IMG/VR virus record: IMGVR_UViG_3300023110_001773
Span: 1 to 64,000 of that record
Reading direction: 5' to 3' (one strand)
Source of the DNA: a virus
DNA length: 64,000 nucleotides
Position 1 is the stretch's first letter. Every line of letters starts with the position of its first letter. The notes below the pieces were generated by a model. That model searched no databases and had not been told where the DNA came from. It saw only the letters and a program-made list of their open reading frames with translations. The position numbers were made by a program, and so were the translations under genes. Below, piece after piece: positions 48,616 through 57,939 of the stretch.

Positions 48616-49062
48616 CTAATTTTTCCCACCCTTATTTAATAGTTTAATAATAGACTGGAGGTCATCATCGGATAATATTCTCAGAGCCTCAATCGCCTTG
48701 GTATCAGTGTACCCAAAATATTCTTTCACGATCTCAACATTACTTTCCCGCTCGGGTTTGATCCACTTGTTAAATCGTTTTTTCTTACGAACTATACCGA
48801 TCAGGAAATCGTACTGCATCTTCTTATCTATGTGTGGTCTAGAATTCATTTCATTTGCCACATGTACAGTATCATTACCATGAGACAGAGACTTGTTTAC
48901 CAAAAATGGATTATACTGTTTCTCTGACCAATCATCTACAATCAGATTCTCTTTGGTATAAGTAATGCTGTTTGTAAAATCAAATGGACTAATAGACTTC
49001 TTCTTTGTCTGATAGTCCTCTGGATTGTAAGTTGGTTTGGGTGTTCCTAAATCTTCAAGCAT
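48616..49062 (-). CDS. 62: clamp loader small subunit (gp62)
   Basis: YNPFLVNKSLS, ANEMN, QYDFL, KEYFGY. Confidence 0.92.
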   Translation of the reverse strand: MLEDLGTPKPTYNPEDYQTKKKSISPFDFTNSITYTKENLIVDDWSEKQYNPFLVNKSLSHGNDTVHVANEMNSRPHIDKKMQYDFLIGIVRKKKRFNKWIKPERESNVEIVKEYFGYTDTKAIEALRILSDDDLQSIIKLLNKGGKN

Positions 49063-49204
49063 TTTTATCTACAACACTCACTTTGTATTTGACTGATAGT
49101 TTCTTTGCAGTGTCTATCCAGTAAGCACGCCACTGTGGATCAATGGTACGTTTACTAGCTTCCAGACAATTTTTTATTCTTTGTATCGCCAACTTTTTAC
49201 TCAT
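49055..49204 (-). CDS. 49-aa hypothetical protein (not in ORF track)
   Basis: MSKKLAIQRIKNCLEAS...; ATGA-coupled to TauD. Confidence 0.55.
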   Translation of the reverse strand: MSKKLAIQRIKNCLEASKRTIDPQWRAYWIDTAKKLSVKYKVSVVDKNA

Positions 49205-49998
49205 AACTTCACCTTGGAATAATCAAATGCGATGCGATGCAACACTCTATTCTCCATGTTGTCGCACTCCCACCTCTTGTGAATAGTCAACCACTGTTCA
49301 CTAATAACAACATCACCATCTTGCCAGTGATGATCGTACCTATACTTATCTTGCAATACATGTTCCTTCAACCAATCCATAGTTTCTTCAAACTGAGGTT
49401 GTTCATATTCTACTATACCAAATATCTGTAGGAAAGGAAAGTAAAGTCCAGTTTTTCCTGCTTCATTGGTATAGACTAATGGGAATGGTTTATCTGTAGC
49501 ATGATGTTCAATAAAAAAATCACTTTCAGAATACGAACCAGTTTTATATCCCAAGGTAATATGAAGTTTGTTGATTCTTTTTTTATCTTTGTCGGAAAGG
49601 TCTTCATATGCCTGTCGCATGTCAATCCAACTGGTACAACTACCAACAGTATCCTTGACACCATGCAACCAAATAAGTGGAGCACGATCATAACTGCTTG
49701 CCTGATTGGCATGCCAGTCAAGAGCAGAGGTGTGACCAAACAACCCAGGCTCGCCGTGTTGATTCTTCTCACCAGTGACCCGAATGATATGATCATTGAC
49801 TGCAATATGCTCACCACGTTCGCCTGGCTTGTTCTGCAACTGCTGACACTCACCAATCATTTGGCAAAACCTAACCTCATCATCTGGGGTTAGATTCTGA
49901 TTACGAAAGACAATCACACCGTGATCAAGAACTTCTTCTGCAATTGCATGTGCTACTGATTCGGTTGCTTTTGTTAAATCGTATTTTGCAAATCTCAT
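49201..49998 (-). CDS. TauD/TfdA-family Fe(II)/2OG dioxygenase
   Basis: HGVIVFRNQ, WHAN, T.WIDM..AY, HHWQDGDVVI..TIHKR, RVLHR. Confidence 0.85.
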   Translation of the reverse strand: MRFAKYDLTKATESVAHAIAEEVLDHGVIVFRNQNLTPDDEVRFCQMIGECQQLQNKPGERGEHIAVNDHIIRVTGEKNQHGEPGLFGHTSALDWHANQASSYDRAPLIWLHGVKDTVGSCTSWIDMRQAYEDLSDKDKKRINKLHITLGYKTGSYSESDFFIEHHATDKPFPLVYTNEAGKTGLYFPFLQIFGIVEYEQPQFEETMDWLKEHVLQDKYRYDHHWQDGDVVISEQWLTIHKRWECDNMENRVLHRIAFDYSKVKL

Positions 49999-50927
49999 TT
50001 CATATCCACGTTGGCCATAATATCAACAAGACATGCTGTAAGATTAATTTCTTGGTCAGCAACAAATGCCGACTTGTACTGGTAGTCAGCAATCAACAAC
50101 ACCAAGTGAGGAACCTGTACCACTTTGTCCATCAGAGTATCATAGATTTTACGATACAACCCTTGTGGGTCGGTGTCTACATTGTTAGCAACCCACTGGC
50201 GCATCTTCTTGAAGTCTTTGTCCTTGAGACTATCACACAATCCCTTCATGTTGACTTCAGCAATGTTACTCAGAATACCTTCATCAATTGCACCAGACTT
50301 TGAGTACCGTTGTAGTTCGTTTAGCGTCCTACGATAGTCTGGGAAATATTTCATCAGAAGTTCAGCAAGAACTTTTTCTGAATACTGAATACTTTCTTGA
50401 TCAAGGATGTCAGAGATACGATTCATGAAGGCAGATGCCATCTGAGGTTTCTCTTCTTTCTTGAGTTTGAATTCTACCACCGTTGTCCGACTATGAAGCG
50501 GTTCGATGATTCGATTCTTGAAGTTACATGTAAAAATAAATCGACAGTTCTTGGAGAACTCTTCGATAAAGGCACGCAACGCTGGTTGCGTAGAGTTGGG
50601 GTTTAGATAGTCCGCCTCGTCAAGGATAACTACCTTGGTCTTACCGCCGAAACTGACCGTACTTGCAAAGTCCCTAATCTTTGTTCTGAGAACATCAATG
50701 CCGGACTCATCCGATCCATTGATAATGATGTAGTCACATTCTAATTCATTACAAAGAGCACGTGCCACTGTGGTCTTGCCTGTACCGGCAGTACCACAGA
50801 GCAACATGTTAGGAATTTCTTTCTGGTCAACAAAAGATTGAAATACATCCTTCAGTCTATTTGGGAGAACACACTCCGAAATAGTTTGGGGTCTGTACTT
50901 CTCCACCCAGAGAAATTCATTCATCAC
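49995..50927 (-). CDS. 44: clamp loader large subunit (gp44)
   Basis: WVEKYRP, GTAGTGKTT, LDEAD, SRT. Confidence 0.97.
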   Translation of the reverse strand: MMNEFLWVEKYRPQTISECVLPNRLKDVFQSFVDQKEIPNMLLCGTAGTGKTTVARALCNELECDYIIINGSDESGIDVLRTKIRDFASTVSFGGKTKVVILDEADYLNPNSTQPALRAFIEEFSKNCRFIFTCNFKNRIIEPLHSRTTVVEFKLKKEEKPQMASAFMNRISDILDQESIQYSEKVLAELLMKYFPDYRRTLNELQRYSKSGAIDEGILSNIAEVNMKGLCDSLKDKDFKKMRQWVANNVDTDPQGLYRKIYDTLMDKVVQVPHLVLLIADYQYKSAFVADQEINLTACLVDIMANVDMK

Positions 50928-51085
50928 CGTATCCTTTTTTCAAGAACCTCAATCTGTTGTTGTCGTTTCTCTTCCCACTTCTCTTCGGTGCGATCACCTT
51001 TGGGGAAAAACTTGGCACTCTTGAGGTTTTCAAGTGCCACCATACGCCGACCACGAGCGTTCTTACTTCTCCATGCAGAAGCCAT
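50924..51085 (-). CDS. 53-aa basic hypothetical protein (not in ORF track)
   Basis: MASAWRSKNARGRR...; AAGGAG RBS. Confidence 0.6.
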   Translation of the reverse strand: MASAWRSKNARGRRMVALENLKSAKFFPKGDRTEEKWEEKRQQQIEVLEKRIR

Positions 51086-51093
51086 AATACTCC

Positions 51094-51699
51094 TTATCCA
51101 ATTTTATCCTTTGTACCAAGAGACTCTTCCAGATTGAGTTCTAATTGACTGCCGCCAACTGGACTCTCGTTCATAATGTATTCAAACATCGTAGCTGGAT
51201 CAGAAACTTCATACGGATCATTTTCAACGTTGTCTCCAAAACCATCTTCAACAAAGGCTTTTTCAACAACACCATCATTCAAAAGTACCGAGTATCTCCA
51301 TGATCTTTGGCCAAATCCAAGATTATCTTTGTCAACCAACATCCCTATCTCAGAAGTAAACATACCAGAACCATCTGGAATAGGTTTAACTCCATTGATC
51401 TGTTGATATCGGAACCACATGTTCATAACAAACGAATCATTTACAGATAAACAATAGATTTCGTCAATACCTTTTGACCTAAACACTTCATAGTTTTCTT
51501 CATATCCAGGCAACTGGAAAGCAGAACAAGTTGGAGTAAATGCCCCAGGCAATGCAAAGATAATTACCCTCTTGTCCCTAAACAAATCACCAGAAACTAC
51601 ATCTTGCCATCGATATGGATTAGTACCACCAACGGATTCATCACGAACCCGTGTTTTAAAAACGACATCCATTGGAAATCGCTGTCCTACTTCAATCAT
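51094..51699 (-). CDS. peroxiredoxin (Prx5 type)
   Basis: LPGAFTPTCS, SVNDSFVM, RSWRY. Confidence 0.92.
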   Translation of the reverse strand: MIEVGQRFPMDVVFKTRVRDESVGGTNPYRWQDVVSGDLFRDKRVIIFALPGAFTPTCSAFQLPGYEENYEVFRSKGIDEIYCLSVNDSFVMNMWFRYQQINGVKPIPDGSGMFTSEIGMLVDKDNLGFGQRSWRYSVLLNDGVVEKAFVEDGFGDNVENDPYEVSDPATMFEYIMNESPVGGSQLELNLEESLGTKDKIG

Positions 51700-51710
51700 T
51701 TTAATTCACC

Positions 51711-52367
51711 TTACTGAGTTTTTGAACTTGGGTCAAGTGCCAACCAATAGGTTCTTTCACTATTGGAAAACATCATTACTGGTTTTGTGCCAATGGTCAC
51801 ATCGTATGTGTCTGGAATGATCTTCAATGATTCAATTGACAACCTAGCATCAAATTCCAAATCACTATCACCAAGAACTGTCGTAAAAGAATTACTCTTG
51901 GGGGTATTTGGATCACCAACAGACATTAATACCTGTTGTCCATTGCCAACTACTCGCAAGAATGGAGCAGAGATGGCAGATGCAGCACGATAAATTGTCT
52001 GAATATTTTCTTTGGCGATATGAAATGTGTAGAGTGGTTCTACTTCAATCGAGCGATCTGGTGCAGCTTTAATCACAGACGGTTCAGCATAGTAGAATTC
52101 AAACTTGCCAGCATTAGTTTGTACCGTGACAGATTCATCTCCAAACTGGAGATCAGCATTCTCATCCATAGTCAACAAAGACAAGAACTGATTCAAATCA
52201 TAGATGGCAAATTCTTTGGGGAAACTTTCTGTTACCGTGGCACGGCACAAAATGTTCATTGAGTTTGACACAGTAGCAAGAGTTTGTCCCTCACGAACCA
52301 AAAGATTCGTATTGATAGAGGCAAAGTTCTTAAATGTGTCGAGGGTTGGTTTGGAAACTTTCATCAT
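51711..52367 (-). CDS. 45: sliding clamp (gp45)
   Basis: KNFASIN, FAIYDLNQFL, YWLALD. Confidence 0.93.
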   Translation of the reverse strand: MMKVSKPTLDTFKNFASINTNLLVREGQTLATVSNSMNILCRATVTESFPKEFAIYDLNQFLSLLTMDENADLQFGDESVTVQTNAGKFEFYYAEPSVIKAAPDRSIEVEPLYTFHIAKENIQTIYRAASAISAPFLRVVGNGQQVLMSVGDPNTPKSNSFTTVLGDSDLEFDARLSIESLKIIPDTYDVTIGTKPVMMFSNSERTYWLALDPSSKTQ

Positions 52368-52392
52368 AATATACTCCGATCAAACAAATTAC

Positions 52393-52421
52393 ATAATAAC
52401 AAATAAAAAAGGAAAAGTCAA
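52393..52421 (-). promoter_or_regulatory. sigma70-type promoter
   Basis: TTGACT-N17-TATTAT. Confidence 0.65.
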
Positions 52422-52423
52422 GA

Positions 52424-52810
52424 TCAAATTTCAAAAGGTTTTTCCAAAATTTCATTTTCTGGCAAACTACACTCAATCCCATGCTTCTTGTGATATTCTA
52501 GAAGACATGGGAAAGAGGTAATTGGAATTCCGTTAAACGGTTCATCACTGATCAATTCTTTAAACTGCCTTTCATAATCATTGTAGTGTTCTTCATCATC
52601 AAAAACCATTGTCCACTTATAAGTCAATCCATCAGATGAAAACGTACTATGGGCCTCAACTCTTTCTTGTTGTCTTAACCAATCATGAAATATCTGTGAT
52701 GCTTTTTTGTGTTCAACAGTTCTTTCTTCTGATTGTTGATACCATTTTGTACTAAGTGTAGGTCTTTTTAAAACATACTCAAGTTTATACATTTTCCGTA
52801 GTATGAGCAA
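52424..52810 (-). CDS. hypothetical protein (possible paralog of 52785..53132)
   Basis: Y....KRP....W ... DG.T....F..E..Y pattern. Confidence 0.65.
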   Translation of the reverse strand: MLILRKMYKLEYVLKRPTLSTKWYQQSEERTVEHKKASQIFHDWLRQQERVEAHSTFSSDGLTYKWTMVFDDEEHYNDYERQFKELISDEPFNGIPITSFPCLLEYHKKHGIECSLPENEILEKPFEI

Positions 52811-53132
52811 TGGTGACGTTATTTGTCGTACAATAATCTAGGAAAGCCTGATCTTGGAATTGGTCTTCAAGACCAGCTGATGTCCAAGCAGAAGTATAAT
52901 CATCGTATGCATCTTCATTAGCAAACATGATATCACAATAAACGGTATTGCCGTCTGGTTCTGCATCAAACACCACATCAGCTTCGTCTCTACCAGTCAA
53001 CCAATCTTGAAATGCAGACGCCTTGGTTTCATAGGTTGATCCTAAGAGGTCAGCTGCCCAAAAAGGCCACTCTACACTCTCAGATTGACGGGTAAATGTA
53101 ATTCTAATTCGATAAGCCATTATTCTCTCCAA
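52785..53132 (-). CDS. hypothetical protein
   Basis: late promoter and GGAGAG RBS. Confidence 0.7.
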   Translation of the reverse strand: MERIMAYRIRITFTRQSESVEWPFWAADLLGSTYETKASAFQDWLTGRDEADVVFDAEPDGNTVYCDIMFANEDAYDDYTSAWTSAGLEDQFQDQAFLDYCTTNNVTIAHTTENV

Positions 53133-53156
53133 AAGTTAAATGGTAATTTACTCTCT

Positions 53157-53164
53157 TATTTATA
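53157..53164 (-). promoter_or_regulatory. T4-type late promoter
   Basis: TATAAATA. Confidence 0.7.
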
Positions 53165-53166
53165 AC

Positions 53167-53238
53167 AAAAAAATCGGGGACTGGCGAATTGAGAGAGAGT
53201 GAGAGAGGCCGCCAGTCCCCGATCCGCCCTAAGGCGGA
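53167..53238 (-). ncRNA. terminator with 14-bp stem and 23-nt CU-rich loop plus a 5' hairpin; candidate 3'-UTR-derived sRNA
   Basis: UCCGCC-UUAG-GGCGGA then AUCGGGGACUGGCG-GCCUCUCUCACUCUCUCUCAAUU-CGCCAGUCCCCGAU-U tract. Confidence 0.55.
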
Positions 53239-53245
53239 ACCTTTA

Positions 53246-53521
53246 CTACTGTTCTAAGTCATGAACATGTAGTGCAATTAACGCATAGTGCAGTACTTTT
53301 AGCAAGTCTTTACGGTTCTTGCCCTCTTTTTTACCATACCTTTGCGTATATTTGATAATATTACCAAGGCAAAATCCTTCGCCATGTCCAGTATCTATAA
53401 CAAACTCGGTGGTTTGTACTTTGTTCTGAGCATAGTGTTCATCATATGTACTATCAACATATGCTTGAAGGTCAGCGATCAGCTGACCCTCATTGTATTT
53501 GTAATCTTTCTTAGAAGTCAT
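53246..53521 (-). CDS. DUF3310-like conserved phage protein (start MTSKKD)
   Basis: YKYNE..TY..HY, GFCLGNIIKY..RYGKK. Confidence 0.8.
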   Translation of the reverse strand: MTSKKDYKYNEGQLIADLQAYVDSTYDEHYAQNKVQTTEFVIDTGHGEGFCLGNIIKYTQRYGKKEGKNRKDLLKVLHYALIALHVHDLEQ

Positions 53522-54695
53522 AGTTATCTGCCTCTGGGTTGTCATCATTCTGGTCTTCAGCAGGGGCATCAAGATCAACACCAGCATCAACCTTGGTGTA
53601 AAGATCGATGAAGGCAGACTTGGTGTCAGTGTCGAAACGGTTGACACACAACTGAATTGCCTTGAGGCGATCTTTGAACATGGCGTATGCCTTGACAATG
53701 TGTTCTAGACGGCGGGTTGAAACCAACTCATCAATGCCACCCTCATAGAAAGTCTTTCGGATCACATCAGCCCACAGTACCAACTTGTCGGCGAATTCAT
53801 CATCAACGCAGTCAGCGACTTCCATCTTGTTGAGAACAATTTTTTTCTCTTGAGCGGAAGACGGGTATTCCTGTTCAACCGTGATTGCGAATCGTTCGAG
53901 GAATGCCTCATCAAGAACCTGAGCACCCATGAACTTACCGTCATCAGAACCACGGCCCTTGGTGTTCGCAGTAGCGATCACATTGAAACCAGAGGCGGGA
54001 GTAACAACTTCGCCAGTCTTTTTGTTGAAGTAGGGTTTGCCTTCAAGGATTGCCTGTAGACACATCAACTTGTTTGATCCACGATCAATCTCATCAAGGA
54101 TCAAGACAGCGCCACGTTTCATGGCAGTCAGCACAGGGCCTTCACGGTAAACTACGTTACCATCAACCAACGTATTGCCACCGATCAGATCATCTTCATC
54201 GGTCTCAATCGAAATGTTGACACGGATTGCCTCACGTTTGAGTTTGGCACAAACCTGTTCAACCATCATGGTTTTACCGTTACCCGACAAACCACAAATG
54301 AATGTAGGATAGAACATACCAGACTTGACAATGTTCACTAGGTCACGATAGAAACCAAAAGGAACATATGTTTTGTCAGCGGCAGGAACTAGGTTTTCAA
54401 TTTCCACAGCAAGTTTCGCCTGAGTTAGAACCCTAGAAGCAGCAGCGGCCACTGGTTCGGGTTGGGTTTGAATAACCGCCACTGGTTTGGTTGGTTTGGG
54501 CATTGACACAACTTGGCCAACCATCTCGGGGTTAAACTGATTGCGGCCAACCTTGGCCTCTTTGAAAAACCACATCGGGTTTTTGAGACCAGCCTCACGG
54601 GCGATATCCATAACTTCAGATTTTGAGAAAATACCCGTCTGGTTGTTAGACTCAGCAAGGGCGGCCATCAGTTGATCTTTCTGTTTAATACTCAT
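53511..54695 (-). CDS. cobS: CobS-like MoxR AAA+ ATPase
   Basis: GLSGNGKT, DEDDLIGG, LDEID, TANTKG, AFLERF, STRRL. Confidence 0.9.
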   Translation of the reverse strand: MSIKQKDQLMAALAESNNQTGIFSKSEVMDIAREAGLKNPMWFFKEAKVGRNQFNPEMVGQVVSMPKPTKPVAVIQTQPEPVAAAASRVLTQAKLAVEIENLVPAADKTYVPFGFYRDLVNIVKSGMFYPTFICGLSGNGKTMMVEQVCAKLKREAIRVNISIETDEDDLIGGNTLVDGNVVYREGPVLTAMKRGAVLILDEIDRGSNKLMCLQAILEGKPYFNKKTGEVVTPASGFNVIATANTKGRGSDDGKFMGAQVLDEAFLERFAITVEQEYPSSAQEKKIVLNKMEVADCVDDEFADKLVLWADVIRKTFYEGGIDELVSTRRLEHIVKAYAMFKDRLKAIQLCVNRFDTDTKSAFIDLYTKVDAGVDLDAPAEDQNDDNPEADNYDF

Positions 54696-54735
54696 AATTT
54701 ACTCTCTCTATTAACTCAATCACTCAACATACTAC

Positions 54736-54765
54736 TAGCTTACTACATCCCGAAGCAGAAGTCAA
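54736..54765 (-). promoter_or_regulatory. sigma70-type early promoter (IHF-like box at 54805-54817)
   Basis: TTGACT-N17-TAAGCT; spacer starts TCTGCTTC as in the 6800 promoter. Confidence 0.75.
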
Positions 54766-54814
54766 GGGGCTTGGCGAAAATAATTGAATTTTCTTTCCCT
54801 TTGAAATCAACAAC

Positions 54815-57112
54815 TTACGCAACCATATCAATAAATCGATTGATAAAGTGGCGGGAATTGGTCTTTTTGGACTGAAATTGGCGGAATCCACGCAGAATAT
54901 CTGACTTCTTTTCGGACTTTACTTCCAATTCAGCATCATCAATTTTGAGATCAGAACCACCTTTGATAAGGAAAGCCTGATCATATCCCCATGCACTATC
55001 AAGTGGCAGGTAATCTTTTTTCAACCAAGTACTTTTGTATACGGCATCAAACTCAGCGGTATCCCATTGATACGGATTGAGGGTTACCCAATTGTAAGCA
55101 TTTTTGACATCGCCACGTTTTTTACTGGTGATCCAGAAGTTTACCATGCGGGAACCCGTAACTTTTTTGAACATGGCAATACCAGCGAGAAGAGACATCT
55201 CTTTGCCAATACGGTAACGTGACTGATAAACTGCGGCGGGTTGTTTAACCACAACAGAAGTAGTGCCACGTTTTAGAATGAGTTTAGTGGCGAAAACTGA
55301 TTTGCGATTTCTCCAGCCATCATCTCTGATATTGTCACCCCAAATTTCATACTCATCAGTGTTACCGCCATCGGAAAGAACAATGGTGTTAAGCACTTCG
55401 ACACGATTGCGGTCTTTGAATTCTTTGGCAAGATCAGTAGCAATGATCATAGCACCGGCAAGGGGGGTAGAACCCAACGACAAGTGTCGAGGAAGATCGG
55501 CATAATTGGCAAGACATCCATTGTGTCGGTTAGAACGCCAACGACTACCATAATTAGCCCAAGTATCAGCGTAAATCAAAAGACTTTCAAATTGTTTTTT
55601 GTAGTCACTGGGTGAAGATTCTGAAGTGATTAATTGAATCATACCAGTGCCAGGATTGATGCAAATTTCATTTTCAGAATTTGACTGGCGAACACCTTCT
55701 CTCATATCCATACCACAAACAAAACCATATACATCAAATGGGATGCCAACTTTTTTGCAGAAGGAAACTTGTATCAATAACTGTTCAATTGTGCCAGCCA
55801 TATGTTGAGCCATAGAACCAGACATATCAAGAATCATGAACATGCCGTGGTTTTTGCCAGAAGGCGTGACAGTGTTTGACAAGAACAAGTCTTCGGTCAA
55901 CTTGTAGGCCCACAACTTATCTTCATTGAGTTTGCCAGTATTGTGAACCTGTGCCTTGCGTAACTCAGACGCCTTGCGCTTCATCTCAAACTGCATGACC
56001 AACTGATTGATGGAAGACTTGTTTTTAGATCGAAACGCATCAGACAAACTTTTACGATAGGCTTTTGCCTCATCGGCAGAAACTTCATCATAATAATTTT
56101 TTGTTAGTTTGAACTCAAAGTCCCAAGTTTTTGAGACGGGGATTACATGGTGTTTGCGACTGATAAACTTGGGGAAGTAAGCGGTGAAAACTGATTCACT
56201 GTCAGACTCCAAGAGGCGACTTTCATTTTGACGGAAACTTCTGTCGGTTTGCGACATGGGTTCGCCATCTTCAACAGGCGATTCACTTGATTGACTTGAT
56301 TGTGATTCAATCGGTTGATCAGATTCAGACTGTTCGGTGTCAGATTGAGAATCAGATTCGGAATCAGTAGACTCGGCAGATTCGGAACTGTCATCGGACT
56401 CTTCGCCAGTGGTCTCACCAGATTGGCCATCGCCCTCGGTGGGATCATCAGTATCTTCGGCGTCATCGGACATTTCCATTGAGGAACCTTGACCCTCGAC
56501 TTCTTCACTGTCATCTTCGCCAGCGGCAGGAGCAGGCTGTTCCTGTTGCTGATCTTCCATATCTTCCATTGCGCCATTATAAAGATCATTGGCAATGTCA
56601 ACTACATCAGACCATTCCTCAGCAGAATCAATGCGAGCGAGAAATTCTTTCTCGGAATCGGAAAACTGAACATTGAGGAATGAACCAATCTTGTAATGAA
56701 GATTGATACGATCAATCAGAGGCAGGGTGTTGACATCTTTATCAGCAACACCGAAAAAATCTTTGTCGAATAGGAAACGATAACCCTTGTAGAATGATTT
56801 AACAAGGCCGGGGTATCGTTGCTTGACTAGTCGTTCGTTGCGAGCGTCTTCAATAACATTTAGGAATGACTTGAAACCAGCACCTTGATCACAAACAGCA
56901 TCATGCCATCCTTCAGCGGGGGTGACCAAACCGTGGCCAACTTCATGTCCGATCAGAAGATCGTAAACATAGCCGGGCATATCTTTCCAATTGGGAAGAA
57001 TAATTTTGCGGTTTTTAAGATCGAACGCTGCGGTAGGAACATTAGCATGTTCTATCGCAAGGTCTTCGGTGGCCAACAACTTGGCGAGATAGGACTTGGA
57101 TTCAATATTCAT
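54815..57112 (-). CDS. CobT-like metallopeptidase-VWA protein (MoxR partner)
   Basis: HEVGH, NVIEDAR, acidic linker, DMSGSM MIDAS, STPL, LSDG. Confidence 0.85.
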   Translation of the reverse strand: MNIESKSYLAKLLATEDLAIEHANVPTAAFDLKNRKIILPNWKDMPGYVYDLLIGHEVGHGLVTPAEGWHDAVCDQGAGFKSFLNVIEDARNERLVKQRYPGLVKSFYKGYRFLFDKDFFGVADKDVNTLPLIDRINLHYKIGSFLNVQFSDSEKEFLARIDSAEEWSDVVDIANDLYNGAMEDMEDQQQEQPAPAAGEDDSEEVEGQGSSMEMSDDAEDTDDPTEGDGQSGETTGEESDDSSESAESTDSESDSQSDTEQSESDQPIESQSSQSSESPVEDGEPMSQTDRSFRQNESRLLESDSESVFTAYFPKFISRKHHVIPVSKTWDFEFKLTKNYYDEVSADEAKAYRKSLSDAFRSKNKSSINQLVMQFEMKRKASELRKAQVHNTGKLNEDKLWAYKLTEDLFLSNTVTPSGKNHGMFMILDMSGSMAQHMAGTIEQLLIQVSFCKKVGIPFDVYGFVCGMDMREGVRQSNSENEICINPGTGMIQLITSESSPSDYKKQFESLLIYADTWANYGSRWRSNRHNGCLANYADLPRHLSLGSTPLAGAMIIATDLAKEFKDRNRVEVLNTIVLSDGGNTDEYEIWGDNIRDDGWRNRKSVFATKLILKRGTTSVVVKQPAAVYQSRYRIGKEMSLLAGIAMFKKVTGSRMVNFWITSKKRGDVKNAYNWVTLNPYQWDTAEFDAVYKSTWLKKDYLPLDSAWGYDQAFLIKGGSDLKIDDAELEVKSEKKSDILRGFRQFQSKKTNSRHFINRFIDMVA

Positions 57113-57139
57113 ATAACTCTCACTCTCAAATACATGTAT

Positions 57140-57168
57140 AGTATGACAGCTATCGAGGCAAAAGTCAA
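57140..57168 (-). promoter_or_regulatory. sigma70-type early promoter (IHF-like box at 57198-57210)
   Basis: TTGACT-N17-CATACT; spacer nearly identical to the 40240 promoter. Confidence 0.8.
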
Positions 57169-57234
57169 GGGGCCCAGCGAAAAAAGATTTCCTTATAAAT
57201 CAAGGGCTTACAAATTTTTTTCAATTTTTTTCGA

Positions 57235-57603
57235 TCAAATCCGCTCAAAATAGCGAGTTACGGCGAGAATTTTCTCGATTTGTTTGTCAATTATGGCGGT
57301 TCTATTGGGCCAGTGAATGTAGTCCTTTTCGGGGTTCTTTTTGAGATTCTGCAACAGGGGCAGGATCAGCAGTTCTACATCCTTCAATTTGCCACTAACA
57401 TCGGCCTCCAACAGGGCTCGGTGTTCGTTTATCATGCCAGTATTATCGGCAGACAGGATTCTGGATTCCAATTGTTCTAGTTTATCCATGATCGAATCCA
57501 AAGACCCCTCGGGCAATGTAGCCTGTACAGGTTCGGATGGGACGGTTGTACTGGTAGGTACGTCATCTACCGCAGTAAAACCAAAATCGAAATCATCTGA
57601 CAT
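57235..57603 (-). CDS. conserved T4-like hypothetical protein
   Basis: DFGFTAV..PLLQNLKKNPEKDYIHWPNR. Confidence 0.8.
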   Translation of the reverse strand: MSDDFDFGFTAVDDVPTSTTVPSEPVQATLPEGSLDSIMDKLEQLESRILSADNTGMINEHRALLEADVSGKLKDVELLILPLLQNLKKNPEKDYIHWPNRTAIIDKQIEKILAVTRYFERI

Positions 57604-57612
57604 CTATTTCTC

Positions 57613-57939
57613 CTAGACGGCGAAACTCTCTCCACAACCACAGTGTGCGGTTGCCTTTGGGTTGGAAATTTCTATGCCGCTGTTGATACCCTCTCTCTTA
57701 AAATCTATCAAAGACCCAGAGAGGTACAACAAACTTTTTGGATCAATGAAAACTGTTACGCCGTGTTCTTCGACTACAACATCTTCTATAGATTGGTGAT
57801 CGGCATACTCAATAACGTACTTGAATCCAGTACACCCACTCGGAGTGACACCCACTCTCACACCCAACCCTCTTCCACGTTCTTGTAATTGTTTTCCAAT
57901 CCAATCAGCGGCTTGTTTGGTGATCTGTATCGTTTCCAT
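57613..57939 (-). CDS. iscA: Fe-S cluster A-type carrier IscA
   Basis: GCTGFKY, DPKSLLYL.G, NP..CGCGESF. Confidence 0.93.
   Translation of the reverse strand: METIQITKQAADWIGKQLQERGRGLGVRVGVTPSGCTGFKYVIEYADHQSIEDVVVEEHGVTVFIDPKSLLYLSGSLIDFKREGINSGIEISNPKATAHCGCGESFAV

Noticed and set aside
53522-53698. N-terminal extension of ORF 53246..53698
   Set aside because: It lies inside cobS in another frame; the conserved part starts at ATG 53521.
56230-56570. Low-complexity GATTCA/GATTG-type repeats in the cobT-like gene
   Set aside because: Explained by the Ser/Asp/Glu-rich linker typical of this family.
53511-57112. cobS/cobT as cobalamin biosynthesis genes supporting the B12 hypothesis
   Set aside because: Phage CobS/CobT-like proteins are generic MoxR-VWA pairs; no cobN or other cob genes are present.
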